Shown here piece after piece: positions 37,255 to 45,702 of a stretch of DNA of 64,000 nucleotides (the stretch's first letter is position 1; each line of letters opens with the position of its first letter). Both the position numbers and the translations under genes were made by a program. The stretch spans positions 43,709 to 107,708 of the forward strand of contig CAVSBT010000019.1 of assembly GCA_963726245.1 (NCBI GenBank), in the 5' to 3' direction. The notes under the pieces are model-generated. The model saw only the letters and a program-made list of their open reading frames with translations. It searched no databases and had not been told where the DNA came from. The DNA is from an uncultured Chloroflexia bacterium. GTDB lineage: Bacteria > Chloroflexota > Dehalococcoidia > DSTF01 > JALHUB01.

Positions 37255-37770
37255 ATGGCGGATGCGCGCGCGGTGGCGCTCCTGGTGCGACAGGAAGCCT
37301 CTACACTCCCCCTCGTCCATGCGGAGGACGACACGGCCGTTCTCGACCTTCTGACGAGCGAGCGTGAAGGCGCCATCGCCGAGGCCAAACGCTTGCGGAA
37401 CCGAGATCCACGCCCTGCTGTTGCAGACCGACTTCGAGTACCGTGCCTACCTGCCCACGCTCAAGTCTCAGGCCGCCCTCGACACCCTCGAGACCTACAG
37501 GGCTGCCGGCAGCAACCCCCTCCAAGCGCAGCGTGCCGCGGCGATACGCAGGCTCACTCAGCGCCTGCGACTAGCGCTGTCGCAGGCCGAGGAGTTGGCT
37601 CGAGCAGATCAAAGACCTCGCCGGGAGGCGCTTTTCGCCTTGACCAACCTGTGCGGTGTCAACCTCATCACCGCCGGGACCTTGGTGGGTATTCACGGGC
37701 CCGGTGATCGGTTCGCCACTGACGCCCAGCTGGCCGCCTATGCCGGCGTGGCGCCCCTGGAGCAAATAGT
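37255..37770 (+). pseudogene. IS110-family transposase remnant (lacks N- and C-termini, extra base at ~37405)
   Basis: DARAVALLVRQ...LTSEREGAIAEAKRLRNR | IHALLLQ... and LITAGTLVGIHGPGDRFATDAQLAAYAGVAPLE resemble the IS110 linker and Transposase_20 region. Truncated where the nadE 3' end begins. Confidence 0.6.
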
Positions 37771-37795
37771 GGGGGCCGCCCTCAGCGGGCGCACA

Positions 37796-39530
37796 CTAGT
37801 AGCTCCGGTATCGGGTGGCGATGGGCAGGCGGCGGTCGCGGCCGAAGGCGCGAGGGGTGATCTTGACGCCGGGCGGCGCCTGACGGCGCTTGTACTCGTT
37901 GCGGTCCACCATGATCATCACCCGCCGCACCGTCGCCTCGTCGAAGCCCTGAGCCACGATCTCCTCCAGGCTCCTGTCCTCCTCCACGTAGGCCAGGAGG
38001 ATGGGGTCCAGGACCTCGTAGGGGGGCAGGCTGTCCAGGTCCAACTGGCCGGGACGTAGCTCGGCGGTCGGCGGCTTGTCGATGACGCTCTGGGGGATGA
38101 CCGGGCCGCCATCGCAGCGGTTGCGGTAGTGGGCCAGCTCGTAGACCAGGGTCTTGGGCACGTCCTTGAGGACGGCGAAGCCGCCCGCCATGTCGCCGTA
38201 GAGGGTGGAGTAGCCGGTGGCCATCTCGCTCTTGTTGCCGGTGGTCAGCACCAGCCAGCCGAACTTGTTCGAGATGGCCATCAGAATGTTGCCCCGGATG
38301 CGGGCCTGCAGGTTCTCCTCGGCTATGCCCTCCTCAGTGCCTGCGAAGGGCTCCGCCAGCATTTGGAGCGAGGCGGCGAAAGCCCCCTCGATGGGAACCG
38401 ATAGCAGGCGCAGTGCCGAGGTTGCCGGCCAGGGCGGCGGCGTCGGTGCGGCTCCCCTCCGACGAGTAGCGCGAGGACATGGAGACGCCGACCACGTTCT
38501 CGGCGCCGAGGGCATCCGCCGCGATCACCGCCACCAGGGTGGAGTCGATCCCGCCGGAGAGTCCCACCAGCACCTTCTCGAAGCCGTTCTTGCGCACGTA
38601 GTCCCGCGTCCCCAGCACCAGGGCGGCGTACACCTCCGCCGCCGGCTCCAGCGGCGTGCACTCGGCAGGCGGCAAGGGGGGCCTCTTGCCGGTCGCGCGC
38701 TTTGGGGACACATCGATAGTGGGCGACAGGCCCGATGCCGCCGCCGACAGCTTGTCCTTGCGTCGCCGGGGGTCATGGAGGCGGACCTGCCGCACCTCCT
38801 CCAGGTTCAGGTCGCAGACCAGAAGCTGCTCCTCGAACTGGCGGCAGCGGGCCAGCAGGTCGCCGCGGGGGTTGAACACCATGCTTCCGCCGTCGAACAC
38901 CAGCTCGTCCTGGCCGCCGACCGGGTTGAGGTAGCAGAGGAAGACCGCGTTGTCGCTGGCGCGAGTGGAGAGCATGCGCTCCCGGAAGTCGCGCTTGCCG
39001 GCGTGGAAGGGCGAGGCGGTGATGGTGACGATGACCTCGGCGCCGCCGAAGGCCTCGCTGCGGGCGGGGTCGCCCGGGTACCAGATGTCTTCGCTGATAG
39101 TGAGGCCGACGCCCGCGCCGGCCACCCGGAACACCGGCGACTCTCTGCCGACCTGGAAGTAGCGATTCTCGTCGAAGACGCCGTAGTTGGGGAGGTACTG
39201 CTTACGGTAGACGCCCGCCAGTCGACCGTCATGTATCACGGCGGCGGCGTTGTAGATGTCATCATCCTGGTCCACGAAGCCCACCACCAGAGTGAGGCCG
39301 CTGGTGGCTGCCGCGACCTTCTCCAGGGCCTGCAGGTTGTCGTCGATGAACCGCTGTCGTAGGAGAAGGTCCTCCGGGGGATAGCCCGTGATGGCCAGCT
39401 CGGGGAAGCAGAGCAGGTCCACCCCCAAGTCGCGGCCGCGCGCCGTGTACTCGAAGATCTTGGCCAAGTTCCCTTCGAGGTCGCCCACGGTAGGGTTGAT
39501 CTGAGCCAGACCGACCCGCAGGACTCGCAC
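37796..39530 (-). CDS. nadE: glutamine-dependent NAD+ synthetase (nitrilase-like domain + NAD synthetase domain), frame broken near 38411-38417
   Basis: CN-hydrolase part ([12 protein letters not shown]...[15 protein letters not shown]...ISEDIW) and ATP-PPase SGGIDS come from ORF 38334..39695. The C-terminal part ([22 protein letters not shown]...) comes from ORF 37796..38515. Start set at GTG 39530 after GGGAGAG. Confidence 0.85.
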
Positions 39531-40026
39531 CGGCTTCTCTCCCTTGCCTGCACTCTTTTCGTCATTATCGGTTCCCCTCGAAGGGCGGGTCAAGCTAGCG
39601 AGCCGGGCGGACGTCGTGGCTAGCCTGCCTGTAGGGCTGCCGTGGCTCTCTTCAGGCCGACCCCGCACGCTTGAGTTGCCGCCTCGACGCACCACGGGTC
39701 ATCTTGCCAAGGATGACCCCCTGCTCAACCTCTGCTGGTACCTGGGGCCGACGTTCTCTCCCCTTACGCTTGCGGTTTCGGGCCCAGCCACAGGGTTTGT
39801 GGCGGGCGGCTTCTTCATGGGGCAGCCCTCAGGGGACTGAGTACTGCCACAACCGATGATCTAGACACAGGCCCCGGATACCGGGGCCTGCGACTTTCCG
39901 CTCTGGGTTGGCGCCCGCCTTTTCTTGTGCAGCCCAGCAATCCACGTCCCACCGGCGATCGTAAAATATAGTGAGGAGGAGAGAAAGCAAGGTCGCACTC
40001 ACCGCCTCCTTGGTTAGCCCCCGTCC

Positions 40027-40085
40027 CCAAGCACCCTTGGGCGCGTTCCCCGCCACCAGCGCGCGTCCAAGGGTGCTTGGTTTTG
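40027..40085 (+). terminator. strong stem-loop followed by TTTT on the plus strand (orphan intrinsic terminator-like structure)
   Basis: ccaagcacccttgg ... ccaagggtgcttgg is a 14-bp perfect stem, extendable via gcgcg/cgcgc. It is followed by ttttg. No annotated plus-strand gene lies upstream. Confidence 0.5.
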
Positions 40086-40098
40086 TGCTCGAATCTGT

Positions 40099-40196
40099 TG
40101 GCGGGAGTGGGAGGGAGTCGAACCCACCCAGGACGGCGCTGACCGCCCCGCAACGGTTTTGAAGACCGCGAGGCCCACCGGAACCCATCCACTCCC
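40099..40196 (-). tRNA. selC: tRNA-Sec (anticodon UCA)
   Basis: Reverse complement reads GGGAGTGG-AT-GGGTTC CGGT GGGCCT-C-GCGGT CTTCAAA ACCGT-(long variable arm GGCG GTCAG CGCC)-GTGGG TTCGACT CCCTC-CCACTCCC-G-CCA. Features: 8-bp acceptor stem, 6-bp D-stem with 4-nt loop, anticodon loop C-T-TCA-A-A, long extra arm, G73, encoded CCA. One mismatch in the T-stem. Confidence 0.8.
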
Positions 40197-40298
40197 GCGC
40201 CCCACACGGAACCTGGGAACAATGGAACCTTGGGACCGCAGCGCACCGAGAACTGGTTCCAAGGTTCCAAGGCTCCACGGTTCCAGCCAACGGCTATT

Positions 40299-41228
40299 CT
40301 ACGCCGTGAAGCGGTCGGTGATGTAGTGGTCAGCCTTGATGGCGGCCGTGGCGCCGTCGCCGGCGGCGCTCACCACCTGGCGAGAGGAGTTCACCCGGAT
40401 GTCGCCGGCGGCGAAGATGCCGGGCGCCTCCGTCTCCATCCAGTCGTTGACATAAATGTGGCCAGCCTCATCCATGCGCAGCAGCCCCTTGAGGTAGTCG
40501 CTGTTGGGGTGAAGGCCGATGAAGATGAAGATGGCGGCCACCGGCAGGGCGGACTCTTCGCCGGTGACGACGTTGCGCAGCCTCAGGCCGGTCACCGCCT
40601 CCTCGCCCACGACCTCCGTCACCACCGTGTTCCAGACGAACTGCATCTTGGGGTTGGCGAAGGCCCTCTCCTGGAGGATCTTGCTGGCCCGCAACTGGTC
40701 GCGGCGGTGGATGACGTGGACCTTCGAGGCGTAGCGCGTCACGAAGAGCCCCTCGTCCATGGCGGCGTCGCCGCCGCCGACCACGGCCACCTCCTGGTCC
40801 TTGAAGAAGGCGGCGTCGCAGGTCGCGCAGTAGGAGACGCCCCGGCCCGTCAGGCGCTCCTCGCCGGGCACGTTGAGGCGGTTGTAGTCGGCGCCGCCGG
40901 TGATGATGACGGCCTTCGCCAGGTAGTCGCCCTCCGTCGTCTTCACCAGGTGCCGGCCGTTCTTCGACTCGATGCCCTCGACCGCTCCGTAGCCCATCTC
41001 CATGCCGTACTTCTCGGCCTGCTGCTGCATGGACTGGGCGAGGTCGAAGCCGTTGACGCCGTCCGGGAATCCCGGGTAGTTCTCGACGACGGAGGTGAGG
41101 GCGATCTGGCCGCCCGTCACGTTCCTCTCGAGGACGATGGTCTTGCGACGGGCGCGGGCGGCGTACAGCCCCGCTGTCAGGCCCGCCGGGCCCGCCCCGA
41201 TGATGAGGATGTCGTATTCCTGGGTCAC
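40299..41228 (-). CDS. trxB: thioredoxin reductase (low-Mr, NADPH)
   Basis: IIGAGPAGLTAGLYAAR, redox-active CATC, GGGDAAMDEG, FAAGD; 309 aa. Confidence 0.9.
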   Translation of the reverse strand: MTQEYDILIIGAGPAGLTAGLYAARARRKTIVLERNVTGGQIALTSVVENYPGFPDGVNGFDLAQSMQQQAEKYGMEMGYGAVEGIESKNGRHLVKTTEGDYLAKAVIITGGADYNRLNVPGEERLTGRGVSYCATCDAAFFKDQEVAVVGGGDAAMDEGLFVTRYASKVHVIHRRDQLRASKILQERAFANPKMQFVWNTVVTEVVGEEAVTGLRLRNVVTGEESALPVAAIFIFIGLHPNSDYLKGLLRMDEAGHIYVNDWMETEAPGIFAAGDIRVNSSRQVVSAAGDGATAAIKADHYITDRFTA

Positions 41229-41321
41229 TGGCTACTCCATTACAGCAAGCAACAGGCTACAGGCAACTAGGACCCGCCCCAACCCCTCCATGTTGCTGGT
41301 TGCTTGTTGCCCTGCCCTCGC

Positions 41322-41648
41322 TTAGGTCAGGACGGCGTCCAGGCGCCGCCGCAGGTCCGACTTTGGACGGAAGCCGATGATCTGTCCCACAGGCTGGCCT
41401 TCCCTGAAGACCAGGAGCGTTGGGATGCTGCGGATGCTGTAGTTGGAGGCGGTGACCGGGTTATCGTCGGTGTTCATCTTGACGAAGTTGACCTTGCCTT
41501 CGTACTCCTGCGCCAGCTCCTCGACGATGGGGGAGACCATGCGACAGGGGCCGCACCAGGGCGCCCAGAAGTCCACCAGCACCGGGCGTGTGGCCTTGAG
41601 CACCTCCGTGTCGAAAGTGGCATCGGTTACTTCCTTGGGCTTCGCCAC
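41322..41648 (-). CDS. trxA: thioredoxin
   Basis: WAPWCGPC active site, 108 aa. Confidence 0.9.
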   Translation of the reverse strand: MAKPKEVTDATFDTEVLKATRPVLVDFWAPWCGPCRMVSPIVEELAQEYEGKVNFVKMNTDDNPVTASNYSIRSIPTLLVFREGQPVGQIIGFRPKSDLRRRLDAVLT

Positions 41649-41687
41649 ACCTCTCTCCTTTCCAGGTTCTTTTGTGAGAAGGCCGCC

Positions 41688-41716
41688 TTGACACAGAAGC
41701 CCTCTTCGCCTACCAT
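41688..41716 (+). promoter_or_regulatory. candidate sigma-70-type promoter for csoR (TTGACA-17-TACCAT)
   Basis: TTGACA at 41688-41693 and TACCAT at 41711-41716, read directly. The operator palindrome follows immediately. Confidence 0.4.
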
Positions 41717-41722
41717 GCTAGT

Positions 41723-41739
41723 ATACCCCCATGGGGTAT
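41723..41739 (+). promoter_or_regulatory. CsoR-type operator: ATACCCC-CAT-GGGGTAT inverted repeat
   Basis: 7-3-7 perfect inverted repeat located 25 nt upstream of the csoR ATG. GC-rich TACCCC/GGGGTA pseudopalindromes are the known CsoR operator type. Confidence 0.6.
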
Positions 41740-41763
41740 GTCAAGCCTCCCAGGAGGGCTTTC

Positions 41764-42072
41764 ATGGACGAACGCAGTGACGCCGAGACCGAGACTCTCC
41801 TCACCCGGCTGCGCCGCGTCGAGGGCCAGGTCCGCGGCATCCAGCGCATGCTGGAGGAGGGCCGCGGTTGTGAGGACGTCCTCACGCAGCTCGCGGCCGC
41901 CCGCAGCGCCCTCGACCAGGTGGGGCTGCTGTTGATGGACTGGCACTTGGAGCGCTGCGTCCTCGGCGACCTGCCGCACGACGAGCCCCACGTGCAAGCG
42001 CTGCGAGAAGCCCTCAAGACCTGGAACCGCTTTGGGCTGCTGCCCGGCGCCGCCGAGGACCTTCCCGACTGA
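41764..42072 (+). CDS. csoR: CsoR/RcnR-family metal-sensing repressor (C-H-C, Cu(I)-type ligand set)
   Basis: LLTRLRRVEGQVRGIQRMLEEGRGCEDVLTQLAAARSALDQVG...DWHLERC. Cys, then His 25 residues later, then Cys 4 after that. Start set at ATG 41764 after AGGAGGG; the ATG at 41731 sits inside the operator. Confidence 0.8.
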   Translation: MDERSDAETETLLTRLRRVEGQVRGIQRMLEEGRGCEDVLTQLAAARSALDQVGLLLMDWHLERCVLGDLPHDEPHVQALREALKTWNRFGLLPGAAEDLPD

Positions 42073-42080
42073 CCCCGCCG

Positions 42081-43064
42081 CTATTTGAGTTCGGACTGCA
42101 TGGCCCGCAGCATGCCGGAGGCCGACGCCTCCTTCGCTGTGCGAATGGCGTTCTTGATCGCCTGCGCGCGGCTACGCCCGTGGCAGATGATGACCACGCC
42201 GTTCACCCCCAACAGCGGCACGCCCCCATACTCGGCGTAGTCCAAGCGCCGGCGCATGTCGCGCAGGGCGTCCAGCATGAGGAGGGCGCCCAGGCGGTAG
42301 CGGAGGCGGCTCTCGACCACTTGGCGCAGTTCGCGAAAGACGAACTCCGCTATCCCCTCGCCCATCTTGACAGCCACGTTGCCCGTGAAGCCGTCTGAGA
42401 CCACCACCTCCACGGCGCCGTTCATGATGTCCTTCCCCTCCACGTTGCCCACGAAGTTGAGGGACGAGCCGTTGAGCCGGCCGTACACCTCCCGCGTCAG
42501 GGCGTTGCCTTTGCTCTTCTCCTCGCCGATGCTGAGAAGTCCCACCCGCGGTCGCTCCGCCCCGTAGACGCGCTCCATGTAGATGGAGCCCATGTGGGCG
42601 AACTGGACAAGGTACGAGGCCTTGCAGTCGGCATTGGCGCCCACGTCCAGCGCCAGCACTCCGTACTTGCCCGTGGGGAAGTAGGCGCTCAGGGCCGGCC
42701 TCTTGATGCCGCCCAGTCTTCCCAGCACCAGTAGGGCCGAGGCCACCACAGCCCCGGTGTTCCCGGCCGAGACCACGGCGCCCGCCTGGCCCTCTTTGAC
42801 AAGGCGCAGGGCTTCATTGATGGAGGAGTGGCGCTTCTGCCGCACGGCCTGGGCCGGCGGCTCCTGCATGCCCACCACCTCGCTGGCGGGCACCACCCGC
42901 ACCAGGGGGTCGCGGCGACCCTGACGGGCCAGCTCCGCCTCCAGAACGTCGGGGAGGCCGACCAGCGCCACCTCCACGTCCGTCTCACGCACGGCCATCA
43001 GGGCGCCCTTCACCGTCTCCGTGGGGGCATAGTCGCCCCCCATGGCGTCCAGCGCGATGAGCAT
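42081..43064 (-). CDS. plsX: phosphate:acyl-ACP acyltransferase
   Basis: IALDAMGGD...AVVSAGNTGA...DVGAN...SIGEE...NVEG...DGFTGNV...GGVPLLGVNG...CHG, colinear with PlsX. Confidence 0.9.
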   Translation of the reverse strand: MLIALDAMGGDYAPTETVKGALMAVRETDVEVALVGLPDVLEAELARQGRRDPLVRVVPASEVVGMQEPPAQAVRQKRHSSINEALRLVKEGQAGAVVSAGNTGAVVASALLVLGRLGGIKRPALSAYFPTGKYGVLALDVGANADCKASYLVQFAHMGSIYMERVYGAERPRVGLLSIGEEKSKGNALTREVYGRLNGSSLNFVGNVEGKDIMNGAVEVVVSDGFTGNVAVKMGEGIAEFVFRELRQVVESRLRYRLGALLMLDALRDMRRRLDYAEYGGVPLLGVNGVVIICHGRSRAQAIKNAIRTAKEASASGMLRAMQSELK

Positions 43065-43080
43065 GCGGCCTTTGTTCTCG

Positions 43081-43902
43081 TCAGCCAGAGGGTTTCTCCT
43101 GACGTGGGGACAGAGTCTTCCGCGAGGGGGCGAGGCCCGCTACGAAGATCATTCTAGGGGCATGGAGGTCGTAAGGGGAGAGGTCATAGGCGCCGTAGAG
43201 GTCCCTTGTCTGCAGGCCGGCCTGGCTGAGCAGGAGCTCCATCTCGTGCCGGAGGACAAAGCGCAGCTCGAAGGTGACCAGGCGGCGGCGTAGCGACCCC
43301 TGTGGCCCCCACTCCTCGTAGATGTGGGTGACATGCTGGACCTGACGGGCCGGGTCGGCCTGGCAGCTCTGGAACTTGCTCACCAGCACGTCCCGCACGG
43401 CGTCCTTGCGAGTCCACACCAGGCTCAGGGGTTGCACACCCGGCTCCCACTCCTGGGGCTCGAAGGCGGGCAGGTCGATGACCAGGAGCCCGTCGGAGGC
43501 CAGGTGACGGCGGGCGCATTCCAGGGCGCGCACCTGGGCCTCCTGGCTGCCCAGGTGCATGAAGCCGCCCAGCGCGCAGCAGACCAGTCCGAAGCTCTCC
43601 CCGAGGTCGAAGTCCGTCATGTCCTCTTTCAAGAGGCGCAGGTTCGCGGCCAGCCGCTGGGGGCGCAGGGCTTCCAGCTTGCGTCGGGCCACGGCCAGCA
43701 TGGCTTCCGAGCGGTCGATGCCCACCACCTTGAAGCCGGCCCGCAGCAAAGGGATGGCGACGCGCCCGGTGCCGACGCCCAGATCCAGGACCGGCAGGTC
43801 GTGACGGCGGCCGAGGTTCTCGTAGATGCCGACGTCTTCCTCGTAGCCTGCCAGGTCGAGGTCATAGTAGTCAGCGATGACGTTGAAAGGGTCTTCGGTC
43901 AT
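43081..43902 (-). CDS. class I SAM-dependent methyltransferase
   Basis: VLDLGVGTGRVAIPL motif I and a downstream acidic residue (VGIDRSEAML), 273 aa. Confidence 0.75.
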   Translation of the reverse strand: MTEDPFNVIADYYDLDLAGYEEDVGIYENLGRRHDLPVLDLGVGTGRVAIPLLRAGFKVVGIDRSEAMLAVARRKLEALRPQRLAANLRLLKEDMTDFDLGESFGLVCCALGGFMHLGSQEAQVRALECARRHLASDGLLVIDLPAFEPQEWEPGVQPLSLVWTRKDAVRDVLVSKFQSCQADPARQVQHVTHIYEEWGPQGSLRRRLVTFELRFVLRHEMELLLSQAGLQTRDLYGAYDLSPYDLHAPRMIFVAGLAPSRKTLSPRQEKPSG

Positions 43903-43974
43903 GGCGATAGCTCTGTTACCCTTGTGTTCATTGATGTTCTAATTCGCCAAGGCTGGTCCTTCGACCCTTCGGCT

Positions 43975-44047
43975 GTGCTCAGGGCAGGCAGACTCAGGAC
44001 GAGCGGAACTTGCCCGCTCATGGTGAGCTTGTCGAACCACGAGCGGG
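43975..44047. repeat. REP-like element (shares an identical 29-mer with 6444-6472); further hairpins up to 44305
   Basis: The 29-mer cgctcatggtgagcttgtcgaaccacgag lies at 44015-44043. Additional hairpins: ctggggg/ccccag (~44170), cagagggg/cccctctg (~44190-44220), ctgaggg/ccctcag (~44283-44302). Confidence 0.65.
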
Positions 44048-44327
44048 CCACCAGCCTTTTTCAGGACCTTGCCCGGGCGCCTCCTGCGGACTGATGGGCA
44101 TGATATGTTTGGTCCGAGACGCCCTGGGGGTAGGTGGTTCTGCCCGCCCGCCCACCCTGGGGAGAAGTGGAATCTGGGGGACACCCCCAGACCCCCGGCA
44201 GAGGGGACATGCCCCCTCTGCACTCCCCCAGGGCTGTGTCGCGTTGTTCTGTCCATCACACAATCCGCGGCTTCCTCGAAGCTGAGGGTTTGAACCCTCA
44301 GAGATGAATCTCAGTGGTCGATGGCCT

Positions 44328-45505
44328 TCACGGCTGGGCCAGGAACTCCTCCTGGATGCGCCGGCGCAGCTCCGGGTCCGTGAGAACGTCGATAGCGGTC
44401 ATGGCCATGGCTTTGGCGGCGTCCAGGAGGCCTCGCTGTCCGTCTTCGGAGGCGGCGCAGGCGGCGAACTCGCGGCTGTGGATGCCTACCTCGGGCGGCG
44501 CCACGGCGATCGTGGGATGGATGGCGGGCACCAGGGCGCTGACGTTGCCCATGTCCGTGCTGCCCATGTGCCGGCTGGGCTGATCGTGCGTCTGGCGGCC
44601 GACGGCCGCCAGGTTCGCCTTGTGGGCTTCGGCCAGGGCGCTGTTGCTACGCATGGCGGCGAACTGGTTCTCCGACCAGCGGTACTCCAGGCGGGCGCCG
44701 CTTGCCCGTCGCGCCGGCCTCGAAGCAGGCGATGACCTTCGACTTCAACTCGTCCAGGTAGGCGTCGTCCTCCGCCCGAACCAGGAAGCTGGCCGCCGAG
44801 TGGTTCGGCACGACGTTCGCCGCCTGGCCGCCGTCGGTGATCACGCCGTGGATGCGGGCGCTGTCGCGGATGTGCTGGCGCAGGGCGCCGATGGCGTTGT
44901 AGGCGAGGATGAGGGCGTCAAGGGCGTTGACGCCGGTCTCCGGCCGGGCGGCGGCGTGGGCCTCCCTCCCGAAGTACTCGACCTCCAGGGAGACGCAGGC
45001 CAGTGCCCGCGAGTGGACGGCGTTACGGGAGCCGGGATGGGTGAGCATAGCGACATCCAGGCCGTCGAAGGCGCCCTGGCGGGCCATGATGACCTTGCCG
45101 CCCACGATCTCCTCGGCCGGCGTGCCGATGACAACGAGGGAGCCGCCCGTCGAGTCGAGGGCTGTTCGCGCCGCCAAGGCGGCGGCCGCGGCGCTGACGC
45201 CGATGAGGTTGTGGCCGCAGGCGTGGCCAACGCCGGGCAGGGCGTCGTACTCGGCCAGGAAGGCGACGCGGGGCCCGCCCTGGCCCGCGGTGGCCCGGAA
45301 GGCGGTGGGCAGGCCGCAGATCCCCCTCTCGACCTGGAATCCGGCCTTTCTCCAGGAGTTCGCAGAGCCAGGCGCTGGCCTTGTGCTCCTGGAGGCCCGC
45401 CTCTGGGTTGTCGTGGATGCGGCGGCTCAGGTCGATGAGCTCTTGCCGGTGGACCTCGACCTCGGCGACGGCGCGGGCTTTGAGACGTTCCTTGTCAATG
45501 GCCAT
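44328..45505 (-). CDS. M20-family amidohydrolase (M20D, aminoacylase/hippurate hydrolase-like), two frame breaks (~45346 and ~44706)
   Basis: Three colinear pieces. MAIDKE...IHDNPEAGLQEHKASAWLCELLEK comes from ORF 45023..45586. AGFQVERGICGLPTAF...LPGVGHACGHNLIG...EVEYFGREAHAAARPE...GGQAANVVP is in frame 44647..45177. ...STDMGNVSALVPAIHPTIAV... comes from ORF 44328..44654. Confidence 0.8.
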
Positions 45506-45702
45506 AGAGTGGCCCCCCGCGCGAGCCGGACGGCGGCCGCGGCATCGAGGCACCGCATTGTAGGGATGCCCCCGCCCGTCCGTCAAGCGGACTATGTGGC
45601 TAATCTGGCATCCGGCCTGCCAACGTCGGGGCGCAGCAGGCTGCGCCCCTAGAAGGTCAGACGAATAGGGAGCCGACGGGGTTCGACGGGCTCAGCGCCC
45701 TG

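Noticed and set aside
39971-40162. 63-aa plus-strand ORF, and minus-strand ORFs 39815..40270 and 39829..40290.
   Set aside because: They run through the tRNA-Sec gene and the terminator hairpin, so they are incompatible with those better-supported features.
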